Source of the DNA: Patescibacteria group bacterium
GTDB lineage: Bacteria; Patescibacteriota; Minisyncoccia; Phycocordibacterales; UBA9973
DNA length: 64,000 nt
Direction of reading: 5' to 3'
Assembly: GCA_040384805.1 (NCBI GenBank)
Contig: JAZKIP010000001.1
Span: 133,864 to 197,863 of the forward strand
Made by a program: the position numbers and the translations under genes. The first letter of the stretch is position 1. Each line of letters starts with the position of its first letter. Positions 31,612 to 40,623 of the stretch are shown in pieces. A model generated the notes under the pieces. That model was not told the origin of the DNA, searched no databases, and saw only the letters and a list, made by a program, of their open reading frames with translations.

Positions 31612-32100
31612 ATGACTGATATATCTACTCTTTTATCGCTTAAACAAATTTGGATTCTTTCTCCACTTGCCCAAATTGTTATTATGGTTGTTTTGTATAT
31701 TATAACTGGCTTTACACAGTTACCTTTCTACAAAAAAACTGGTAAGCTCTTTTATAACTATCCTCCAAACTCTTTCCTGATTTTTGCTCCCATATATGAA
31801 GAAGTGATTTTTCGAGGAATTCTTCTTGTAACATTTACAAATTTATATGGGCTAGTATGGGCAATAATCTTGCAATCAGTTTTATTTGGTCTTTGGCATC
31901 TACGATCACTTCTTTTTATGTCGCCTAAAAGAGTTACGATTCAAGTCCTCTATACAGGTCTTATTCTAGGGCCACTATTTGCCATTATTACTATCTGGGC
32001 TGGAACCATCTGGATAGCGGTTATCCTGCATTTCTTAAACAATTTCTTAGCTTGCGTAACCCACAGAGAATCCCAAGAGTTGCTTAGTGCACCAAAATAG
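31612..32100 (+). CDS. CPBP/CAAX (Abi) family intramembrane metalloprotease
   Basis: EEVIFRG, FGLWH, HFLNN. Confidence 0.9.
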   Translation: MTDISTLLSLKQIWILSPLAQIVIMVVLYIITGFTQLPFYKKTGKLFYNYPPNSFLIFAPIYEEVIFRGILLVTFTNLYGLVWAIILQSVLFGLWHLRSLLFMSPKRVTIQVLYTGLILGPLFAIITIWAGTIWIAVILHFLNNFLACVTHRESQELLSAPK

Positions 32101-32142
32101 TCACTCAAGCATCGTCCAAGTTCGGAGCATCATAAGTTATCC

Positions 32143-32772
32143 TTATTTATTAAGGTTATTTTTTCTACTTAAGAATAATTTAGAATTAGGATTATCATAG
32201 TAAGTTTTACATGCATCTTCAAAAACTTCTTGGAAAATTTCTTTTACATAAACAGAACTCTTGGCGATAAACTCTTCGTCTTTTTTACAAAATTGTTCAT
32301 AAGTGACACCAAAACTTTTATAAGGACGCCAATTATCAATATCTCCCATGATTATTCCTTGCATCTTGTCCACACTCCAAACAAAAAGTGCCTCTTCATT
32401 AAGTTCTTCATAACTATTTAATGTTTCAGTAAAATCCTTGAAGTCACGAAATTCATTACCTATCTTATCTAGTTCAAGACTCTCGCGTTCTTTTTTAAGA
32501 TTCTTTTCTTCTTTTCCCGCATAGGTATTTACATCGGACTTTAAGCCTCGCTCTGAAAAATCATGTATTAATGCGTATTTTAATATTTTTTCTAAATTTA
32601 GAGGCGGCTTCACCGTTTCATAGATCTTCCAACAAAGCATCGCCAAAGAAAAAGAGTGTTCTACTACATTTTCATGACGCTCAATTCCAGGAACACTATG
32701 ATTACGTTCGACCTTCATTATTTCCAAAACCAACTGTTGAATCTCGCTTAATGAAGTTAGGTTAGATTTCAT
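32143..32772 (-). CDS. HD-domain phosphohydrolase
   Basis: ENVVEHSF, ALIHD, DKMQ. Confidence 0.88.
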   Translation of the reverse strand: MKSNLTSLSEIQQLVLEIMKVERNHSVPGIERHENVVEHSFSLAMLCWKIYETVKPPLNLEKILKYALIHDFSERGLKSDVNTYAGKEEKNLKKERESLELDKIGNEFRDFKDFTETLNSYEELNEEALFVWSVDKMQGIIMGDIDNWRPYKSFGVTYEQFCKKDEEFIAKSSVYVKEIFQEVFEDACKTYYDNPNSKLFLSRKNNLNK

Positions 32773-32897
32773 AACTCTATTCTATCATACTCATCCGAAC
32801 ATCGTCCCAGGTTCGGAGCAAATTTTTGAGCCATATAATTGAATGGTTATTTTTTCTATTTTAGCGCAAATTCGAACTCGTGATACAATAAATATAT

Positions 32898-33431
32898 ATG
32901 GGAAAATCTAAACCTCAAAAAATAATACACGGTACAGGAATGGAAACCGTTACATTCAGACAGGTAGAGATGTTTACAGAGATGGCAAACAAGGTTTTTG
33001 AAGAGCAAAAAAAAGAAATTTTAGCCAAACTACCTTATGCTGAAGTTCATCATATTGGCAGCACAACTATACCAGGTTCAATAACAAAAGGAGATCTAGA
33101 TGTTAATGTAAGAGTTGAAAAAAAAGATTTCAATACGGCTATTGAATCAATGAAACAAATGTATGATATAAATCAGCCAGAAAACTGGAGAGGAGGTTTT
33201 GCAAGTTTCCAGACTGATACACTAGAAATAGATTTTGGAGCTCAGTTAACTATTATAGATTCAGAAGAAGATGTTTTTTTAAGAAACAAAGCTGTCTTGC
33301 AATCTCATCCTGAACTTGTTGAAAAGCTGAATCAAATTAAATTAAAATATGAAGGTAAATTAATGACTGCATATAGAAAAGAAAAGTATGAGTTTTTTAA
33401 ACAAATTGAATTCCAAAAACAAGACAACTAA
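32898..33431 (+). CDS. GrpB/UPF0157 family protein
   Basis: VHHIGSTTIPG..TKGDLD, K.KY...Y...K. Confidence 0.85.
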   Translation: MGKSKPQKIIHGTGMETVTFRQVEMFTEMANKVFEEQKKEILAKLPYAEVHHIGSTTIPGSITKGDLDVNVRVEKKDFNTAIESMKQMYDINQPENWRGGFASFQTDTLEIDFGAQLTIIDSEEDVFLRNKAVLQSHPELVEKLNQIKLKYEGKLMTAYRKEKYEFFKQIEFQKQDN

Positions 33432-33616
33432 CATTTAATTTTCTTTAAGTTTTCTGCTTGTCTATGCTTGTCTAAAAGGGCTTTCCGAACATCCTCCCAC
33501 GTTCGGAGCAAACGAAAACCGCTTTAGAAATAAGGAAATTTTTGTGACCTTAATAGAAGTTTGAACCTAGTGATATAATACACTTAGGTTCTATTATTAA
33601 TTATAAAATAATATTT

Positions 33617-33802
33617 ATGAGAAAACTTAAATGTAAAGATATAAACCCAACTACAACATGCAATTACGAAGCTACTGCTGAGAGTGCTCAAGAGGTAGCT
33701 CTAAAAATGATAGAACATGCAAAAATCCACCATACAGCCGATGTAGAAAATATGACAGACGGAGAAATGATCAAAGCATTTGAAGCCAAAGTACATGAGT
33801 AG
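33617..33802 (+). CDS. DUF1059-like small metal-binding protein
   Basis: CKD....C...EHAKIHH. Confidence 0.75.
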   Translation: MRKLKCKDINPTTTCNYEATAESAQEVALKMIEHAKIHHTADVENMTDGEMIKAFEAKVHE

Positions 33803-33835
33803 ATAAAGAGTATTTAATTATTAAATTAAAAAAAC

Positions 33836-34213
33836 ATGAAAACAAATAGTAAAAAATATGTTGATGGTTTTGTTATCCCGATAAAAAAGAAAGATCTAGC
33901 AGCTTACAAGAAGATGGCAGAATGGGGGGCTAAAATATGGAAAAAGAACGGTGCATTGGAGTATTTTGAGTGCGTGGGAGATGATTTAAAAGTACAAAAA
34001 GGCGGGGGACAAGGCTTTGCCAAACTTGCAAAGCTCAAACCAAATGAAACAGTAGTTTTTTCATGGATCGTATACAAATCTAAGGCGCATCGCGATCAGG
34101 TGAACAAGAAAGTAATGAGCGATCCTAGTATGAATAGTTTCGACCCCTCTACGATGCCATTTGATATGAGGCGTTTTGCTACTGGCGGGTTCAAACCAAT
34201 AGCGGAAGCCTAA
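33836..34213 (+). CDS. DUF1428 family protein, copy 1
   Basis: YVDGFVIP, GALEYFECVGDD, FSWIVYKSKAHRD, GGF. Confidence 0.88.
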   Translation: MKTNSKKYVDGFVIPIKKKDLAAYKKMAEWGAKIWKKNGALEYFECVGDDLKVQKGGGQGFAKLAKLKPNETVVFSWIVYKSKAHRDQVNKKVMSDPSMNSFDPSTMPFDMRRFATGGFKPIAEA

Positions 34214-34490
34214 TAAATTAAACTGTTAAAGTTCTTCGAACTTCGTTCCAAATTCGAAGCCATTACCCAATAGGGATTTGCCTGCTCTCTTTTTACAAGG
34301 TGTAGAATTTTCTTGTCGAAAAAAATTTTAATTTCCAAAATTGACTTATATATAAAACCATGCTACTATATGTTTTATAAATTAGTTCTTTGATAGATGG
34401 TTATTTATTGTTTGTTTTATTAAGTTCCTTCTGTTTCTTTAAAGAATTAGAAGGAGCTTAATAAATCTCTAACAATTAAAAAAACCAAAG

Positions 34491-34850
34491 ATGAAACAAG
34501 CGATTTTAATTATTGCAATTGCAAGCCTTCTGTCTTGTACTTCTGACATCCCCCAAACCACCCCGGAACCTGGGGCTGTTAGCAGCATAAAGCTGCAATT
34601 CGAAGACAATACCGTCGACTATTCGACGGATGAAAGTTTTCGTAAATTTAAGGTCGGCGATAAACTGACCGTTCAGCGGTCAAGTGATGGATATTCATCC
34701 TCTGAATGGGAAGTGTCCTCATCTCCCATTGTAAGGGATACTGTCACATGGGCTCCTTACTTAAAAACCTTCCCAGAAGCAAGCATATACGCGGGGCATA
34801 CATACCGGGAAGAGAGGGCCTACCGTAAGGCCGTAATAGTTAAAAATTAA
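34491..34850 (+). CDS. Putative lipoprotein
   Basis: Lipobox LLS-C. Confidence 0.7.
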   Translation: MKQAILIIAIASLLSCTSDIPQTTPEPGAVSSIKLQFEDNTVDYSTDESFRKFKVGDKLTVQRSSDGYSSSEWEVSSSPIVRDTVTWAPYLKTFPEASIYAGHTYREERAYRKAVIVKN

Positions 34851-35087
34851 GACCTGGGTCTAAACTCAAGGCTGATACTTACGTATCAGCCTTTTTTATT
34901 TCTTTAAAATACCATTCGAACATCCTCCTGTATTCGAAGCTACCTATTGACTTATATGATGAAATATGTTATTATATAAGTAATAATAATTCATTTTTTA
35001 CACGGTTTTTGATTACATAAAGAGATGACTTTAGGGTCTTTAAGGAAGTTAAAATCATCTATTTATAATAACCCAAAAAACTAAGAA

Positions 35088-35204
35088 ATGAAAAAAATTT
35101 TTGTTTTTGTTCTTCTTGTAATTATGTTGACTTCTTGCGCAACAACCAAAAAGGATTGCCAGGGGGTTAAACATTATAAGCAAAAAGGCGGATTTTACAT
35201 GTAA
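35088..35204 (+). CDS. Small putative lipoprotein (38 aa; not in the ORF track)
   Basis: MKKIFVFVLLVIMLTSCATTKKDCQGVKHYKQKGGFYM, with its own promoter and terminator. Confidence 0.65.
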   Translation: MKKIFVFVLLVIMLTSCATTKKDCQGVKHYKQKGGFYM

Positions 35205-35286
35205 GCCGCAGCAAAGCTATCTGGTTGTTTTAATTCCAGATAGCTTTTCTTTATTCACAATCTATAAATCATTCTAAATTTATCTC

Positions 35287-35601
35287 TTACAATCTCTTTT
35301 TAGAAAGTTTACCAAGTACATACTTTTGCGAAGGGCTTATCGGCTTATCTGTTCGGTGAGTACACCCTATCCAGCAGCACGGGCGGCGCTTCCCTTCTGC
35401 AAGTTCCGCAATAACTCTTTTGACATGTTCTTTTCTCGTCTCTTCGCTCTTGACCGAGACAGTCCAGCAGATCCACTCATTGCGCGCAAGCCGCGTAATA
35501 TCTTCCCACGCCGCAAGAGCCTTCCTGGAAGCAGTAAGAGCCTTTCGCAAATCCTCCGGTAATGCATGCGCCGTACCACTCGAAATTCCTTTTGTAGGCA
35601 T
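35287..35601 (-). CDS. YdeI/OmpD-associated family protein
   Basis: LPEDLRKAL..WEDIT.LARNEWICW..K..TR...RRPCCW. Confidence 0.85.
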   Translation of the reverse strand: MPTKGISSGTAHALPEDLRKALTASRKALAAWEDITRLARNEWICWTVSVKSEETRKEHVKRVIAELAEGKRRPCCWIGCTHRTDKPISPSQKYVLGKLSKKRL

Positions 35602-35697
35602 ATAATTATAATAACATATAAACAAAAGCATTATTGACTTACTTTAAGACATGTTAAAATGAGTAGGTAGTTGATTATAAATTTATAAAAAAATAAC

Positions 35698-36087
35698 ATG
35701 AAAACAAATAGTAAGAAATATGTTGATGGATTCGTTATCCCTCTTAAGAAAAAAGATGTTGCAGCATACCGCAAGATGGCAGAATGGGGAGCAAAAACGT
35801 GGAAAAAGTACGGCGCGCTCGAATACTTTGAATGCATTGGAGATGACTTGAAAGTGCAAAAGGGTATGGGGCAAGGGTTTGGAAAACTCGCGAAATTGAA
35901 GCCCGATGAAACTGTCGCCTTTTCATGGATCGTCTATAAGTCTCGCAAGCATCGCGATGAGGTTAACAAGAAAGTTATGGAAGAAATGAACAAACCGGCA
36001 AACAAGAAGAAATACGAAGACCAGCCTATGCCAATGGATATGAAACGGTTCACGTATGGCGGATTTAAACCGATAGTTGAAGCTTAG
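35698..36087 (+). CDS. DUF1428 family protein, copy 2
   Basis: Close paralogue of 33836-34213 (identical first 15 aa). Confidence 0.88.
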   Translation: MKTNSKKYVDGFVIPLKKKDVAAYRKMAEWGAKTWKKYGALEYFECIGDDLKVQKGMGQGFGKLAKLKPDETVAFSWIVYKSRKHRDEVNKKVMEEMNKPANKKKYEDQPMPMDMKRFTYGGFKPIVEA

Positions 36088-36296
36088 TAAATTAAGCCCG
36101 TAAGCTCTTCAAAGACGCATCTTCGCGTTCATATATAAATTATTGACAATTTATATATTTTATATTACTGTAAACTACAGTAATAGTTCTTTGATATTAT
36201 CAATTTAGTTGTTAGATTTTATTAGGTTCTCCCAGTCTCTATAGGGAAACTGAGAGAACTTAATAAATAATTTTACTAACAATTAAATATTTCAAT

Positions 36297-36734
36297 ATGA
36301 AAAAAGGTAATTTTTCCATATTTTTTGTCATTGCAATTTCTATGTTTTCATCCTCCTGCCGGTTATCAGAAAAAAGAAACAACGAAAAAATAGGAGCAGC
36401 AAGCCCGGAAGCAGTGGCAATAGATACTCTAACAAATTCGGAAATTGAGGCTGCTTACAGAATTCTCCCTCTTGATCAGCAATTAATACTATGGAGAATT
36501 TCAACTGTGACCGATCCTGAAGATGCTTATCAGATATATTTACATGCTTATGTGAATCGTATGAGTACAGAAGTCGAAGACATAGCTTATGCAAAATGGG
36601 AAGAATTGATGGTCATCAAAATCGACACTATGACTGATCCTGAAGAAGTTTACCGTATTTACTTGGATCTTTACGGAGAGGTCATTGAATCGGCAGCGTA
36701 TCAAAGGTATAAAAAATTAGGAGGGAAAAATTAA
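36297..36734 (+). CDS. Putative lipoprotein with an internal TDPE repeat
   Basis: Lipobox SSS-C; TDPEDAYQIY / TDPEEVYRIY. Confidence 0.65.
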   Translation: MKKGNFSIFFVIAISMFSSSCRLSEKRNNEKIGAASPEAVAIDTLTNSEIEAAYRILPLDQQLILWRISTVTDPEDAYQIYLHAYVNRMSTEVEDIAYAKWEELMVIKIDTMTDPEEVYRIYLDLYGEVIESAAYQRYKKLGGKN

Positions 36735-36987
36735 ATGCATTTAACCAATAATCAAAAGCCACCCTTATCCGGTGGCTTTTTTATTTCTGATCGTATGGAA
36801 AGTTATGTAGTGTGTATCCCTTTTCTGTTCATTACGGGCAGAAATACGGTCTAAAAGATATGCACTAAGCTGCTTTGGAGATATCGCACCAAGAGAGATC
36901 TATGGTGCTCGTACTCTACTGTCATTCAAAACAGAGAAAAGTTCTTATCCTCTAAGGATTTTTCTCTACTGTGACCAACACTTTGGT

Positions 36988-37080
36988 TTACTTAGGCCCG
37001 GAAGCTGAAGGGATTTTTAATTGTGCTGTTGCTGATGTTGCAAAAGCAATTGCCATGGCGAATAAAAACATTTTTTTCAT
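36988..37080 (-). pseudogene. Truncated secreted-protein gene (signal peptide then early stop)
   Basis: MKKMFLFAMAIAFATSATAQLKIPSASGPK*. Confidence 0.4.
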
Positions 37081-37239
37081 TTGTCAGAATTTTAGGTATG
37101 ATAAAAAAGTTAAATATTCAATTCTTTTAAGAAGACCATAACAATGGTAATATGTCAATATACTGTTGCCGTCACATTATTTTCTCATATTATAAAAGCC
37201 GGGTCATATGACCCGGCTTTTATATACATAAATTAACAT

Positions 37240-37725
37240 TTAGTGGGCATGGGCTCCGTGACCGTCATGGCCGCGAGCAGTCAGTGCGCGAGCAATAATG
37301 ACAACAGCTAAGATGAGAAGTATGACAAGCAGCCACTGCCAGATCGAACTCGGCATAAATCCGCCCGAACCTCTGATAGAAAGCGCTGTTAACTCGTTTC
37401 CTGAATTCTGGCTCTGAGTTGTCACGACCGGCGGCAAACCGATCGGATTGGTCACTGTCGTAACCGTTGTTTCTTTTGGAAGAGGCTTTACCGGCTGGAT
37501 GACAGTTGTTGTCGTTGTTGTCGCATGTGTTGTTGTCTGCGTCGGCTGATTGCTAGCAGGCGTTGAGGTATATGATATATCCTCTCCAATAGGAATGACG
37601 GTAAAGGCGGGCTTTGGAGGAATTTGAGGATATGGGATATACGCGCTGGCAGATACAGTCTGGGCACTTACAAAGGCAATCGCAAAAGCGCTTAAAGATA
37701 TTAAAATGTATTTAAGGTTATTCAT
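37240..37725 (-). CDS. Thr/Pro-rich secreted, membrane-anchored protein
   Basis: Signal peptide, T-rich linker, C-terminal TM helix. Confidence 0.75.
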   Translation of the reverse strand: MNNLKYILISLSAFAIAFVSAQTVSASAYIPYPQIPPKPAFTVIPIGEDISYTSTPASNQPTQTTTHATTTTTTVIQPVKPLPKETTVTTVTNPIGLPPVVTTQSQNSGNELTALSIRGSGGFMPSSIWQWLLVILLILAVVIIARALTARGHDGHGAHAH

Positions 37726-37879
37726 AAGAGGTATTATAGCATATAATATACATACTTGTCAAGTATCCCTGACATGTGTTTTCTATGAGAAATAAGGCTC
37801 AAAAGCAACATTATTATAGGTAATTTAGAAATAGAGTATAATACATACTATTATATCTAATATTATTCATTATATTATC

Positions 37880-39109
37880 ATGAGTGACCCTTTTACAAAT
37901 GCCCTTGCACAGCTTGAACGAGCAAATAAAGTTATGCCTTTTAATCCTGAATTTCTTTCACGGCTCTATCAGCCGAATCGTGAAGTCCGCGTTTCTATAC
38001 CGGTATTGATGGATGATGGAACACTCAAGATCTTCGAGGGTTACCGAGTCCAATACAATAACGCTCGCGGACCGTACAAGGGCGGCATTCGTTATCATCA
38101 AGATACCGATATCGCCGAAGTGAAAGCCCTCGCCTTCTGGATGGCCCTTAAGTGTGCTGTTGTCGATATTCCTATGGGCGGTGGAAAGGGCGGCATTACC
38201 GTTGATCCGAAAAAACTATCGAAGGGAGAATTGGAGAGTCTTTCGCGCGGGTGGATCCGAGGTATGGCTCCAATTATTGGCCCATCTATCGATGTCCCCG
38301 CTCCCGATGTCAATACAACGCCCGAAATTATGAAGTGGATGGCTGACGAGTATGAGAAGATCACGGGGGACGCGACAGGCGCAGTCATTACCGGCAAACC
38401 GATCGAGAACGGCGGCTCTGAGGGCCGCGGTCCCGCAACCGGACTCGGCGGATTCTATGTATTCGATGTTGCCCGAACTCTTTTGAGTTTGCCGCAATCA
38501 TGCACTGTCGTTATCCAAGGATTCGGCAATGTCGGGGCCAATGCAGCAGAGATTTTTGAAAATAACGGACATCATGTTATTGCTACATCGGATTCAAAAG
38601 GAGCCATCTACAAAGAAGATGGCATCCGGATTGCCGACCTTATGCAATTTAAAAAAGATAACGGCAGTATTGTCGGATTCCCCGGATCGCAAACTGTCAC
38701 AAACGAAGAACTCCTGACTCTCTCCTGCGATGTTCTCGTACCGGCGGCTTTAGAAAACCAGATAACTGATAAGAACGCGGCTGATATCAAAGCGAAGATA
38801 ATTCTTGAGCTCGCTAACGGGCCAACAACTCCGGAAGCAGATGATATTTTGTACCATCATGGAATCGTTGTTATACCCGATATCCTTGCAAATGCGGGCG
38901 GAGTAACCGTATCGACATTCGAATGGGAGCAGAATTTAAAAAAGGAGCATTGGGCAGAGCAGGATGTTTTTGCAAAACTCAAAAGCATTATGGAAGAGCA
39001 AACAAAGGTTATTTTTATCAGATCTCAAGAACTTAAAACTGATTTACGCCGAACGGCCTTCATTGTCGCTCTTGAGCGTATAGAAAAAGCGATCACTAAT
39101 AAAAATTAA
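37880..39109 (+). CDS. gdhA: Glu/Leu/Phe/Val dehydrogenase
   Basis: KGGIRYH, GGGKGG, PAPDVNT, QGFGNVG. Confidence 0.92.
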   Translation: MSDPFTNALAQLERANKVMPFNPEFLSRLYQPNREVRVSIPVLMDDGTLKIFEGYRVQYNNARGPYKGGIRYHQDTDIAEVKALAFWMALKCAVVDIPMGGGKGGITVDPKKLSKGELESLSRGWIRGMAPIIGPSIDVPAPDVNTTPEIMKWMADEYEKITGDATGAVITGKPIENGGSEGRGPATGLGGFYVFDVARTLLSLPQSCTVVIQGFGNVGANAAEIFENNGHHVIATSDSKGAIYKEDGIRIADLMQFKKDNGSIVGFPGSQTVTNEELLTLSCDVLVPAALENQITDKNAADIKAKIILELANGPTTPEADDILYHHGIVVIPDILANAGGVTVSTFEWEQNLKKEHWAEQDVFAKLKSIMEEQTKVIFIRSQELKTDLRRTAFIVALERIEKAITNKN

Positions 39110-39112
39110 AAT

Positions 39113-40600
39113 ATGGAAAAGAAAATCACAACGGCACTTATTTCAGTTTTCAATAAAGACGGGCTTGAACCCATCATTAAAGAACTCAACAGGCACAGTG
39201 TGCGGATTATCTCAACAGGAGGAACGGCTGATTTCATACGCACGTTCAATATTCCCGTTACTGACGTTGAAACGATCACCGGATTCCCTTCTGTGTTCGG
39301 CGGGCGTGTAAAGACTCTCCAGCCTCAGATTTTCGGAGGAATCCTTAACCGCAGGGATAATGCCGATGATCAAAAAGAAAAAGATATTCACAAGATAGAA
39401 GACATCGATCTCGTGATTGTCGATCTATATCCGTTTGAAGAAACGCTTAAAAGTGGCGCATCCGACGAAGACATCATCGAGAAGATCGACATCGGGGGCA
39501 TTTCTCTTATTCGTGCGGCAGCAAAGAATTTCAACGATGTTGTTGTCATCCCTTCAAAAGATCACTACTCTTCCCTTGCGGCAATTCTTGAGAAAGGAAA
39601 TACCACGACCCTCGATGAACGAAAGAAATATGCGGGAAGTGCGTTTGAAGTGACAAGCATGTATGATACGGCAATTCGCGGATACTTTCAGGGCACAGCG
39701 CTCCGCTACGGCGAAAACCCTCATCAAAAAGGCTCCTTTATCGGCGATATGGAGCGTATATTTGCTATTATGCAAGGCAAGGAGCTTTCATATAACAATA
39801 TCCTCGATGTTGATGCCGCGATCCGTCTGATAAATGATTTCAAGATGCCTGCATTCGCCATCCTCAAACATACAAATGCTTGCGGCCTTGCCTGCGGGAC
39901 GCTCGATACGCTCTCTTTGTGCAAGAAAGCCTACTCATCGGATCCGGTATCCGCTTTCGGCGGGATTCTTGTAACCAATCAAGAGGTCACCGAAGACACT
40001 GCCCGATATCTTGTCGAAGAAATTAAATTATTCTTCGAAATAATTATTGCGCCAAAATTTTCATCACAATCTTTAGAAGTTTTTGCCAAGAAGCCCGATA
40101 TTCGCGTATTAGAGACTACCGGCACTCCTCTCCCGACAACAGAACTGCGTACATCTCTTAATGGATTTCTTGCCCAAGACCGTGATATACAAACAGAGAG
40201 CTTGGATAATTTAAAAGTTGTAACCAAGAAAATTCCAACGGATAATGAGAAGCAGGATATGATCATCGCAAGCATCGCTGCCAAGCATCTCAAATCAAAC
40301 TGCATCGCTATCGTCAAAGACGGCAACATGATTACCATGGGCGCAGGTCAGGTCTCCCGCGTCGATGCATTGAAAAATGCTCTTGAGAAAGCGAAAGGAT
40401 TCGACCTTCATGTCGGAGGTGCGGTCCTTGCCTCTGAAGCCTTCTTTCCTTTCCCCGATTGCGTGGAGATCGCGGCCGCTTCCGGCATCACAGCCATTGT
40501 TCAGCCCGGTGGATCAAAAAATGATCAGAAATCGATCGATAAGGCAGACGAACTAGGGCTTTCTATGACTATGACCGGATTCAGACATTTTAAGCATTAA
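39113..40600 (+). CDS. purH: Bifunctional AICAR transformylase/IMP cyclohydrolase
   Basis: STGGT, IDIGG, LRYGENPHQ, QPGGS, RHFKH. Confidence 0.97.
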   Translation: MEKKITTALISVFNKDGLEPIIKELNRHSVRIISTGGTADFIRTFNIPVTDVETITGFPSVFGGRVKTLQPQIFGGILNRRDNADDQKEKDIHKIEDIDLVIVDLYPFEETLKSGASDEDIIEKIDIGGISLIRAAAKNFNDVVVIPSKDHYSSLAAILEKGNTTTLDERKKYAGSAFEVTSMYDTAIRGYFQGTALRYGENPHQKGSFIGDMERIFAIMQGKELSYNNILDVDAAIRLINDFKMPAFAILKHTNACGLACGTLDTLSLCKKAYSSDPVSAFGGILVTNQEVTEDTARYLVEEIKLFFEIIIAPKFSSQSLEVFAKKPDIRVLETTGTPLPTTELRTSLNGFLAQDRDIQTESLDNLKVVTKKIPTDNEKQDMIIASIAAKHLKSNCIAIVKDGNMITMGAGQVSRVDALKNALEKAKGFDLHVGGAVLASEAFFPFPDCVEIAAASGITAIVQPGGSKNDQKSIDKADELGLSMTMTGFRHFKH

Positions 40601-40623
40601 GAATTTTCTATTATAATAAATCA

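Larger units (their letters stand above)
30824..34940 (+). repeat. Seven dispersed ~26-bp repeats (consensus TYCGAACATCSTCCCACGTTCGGAGC) delimiting gene cassettes
   Basis: Copies at 30824, 31401, 32104, 32794, 33484, 34235 and 34915; the 3' end resembles the tRNA-Asn end CCGGAGC. Confidence 0.8.
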
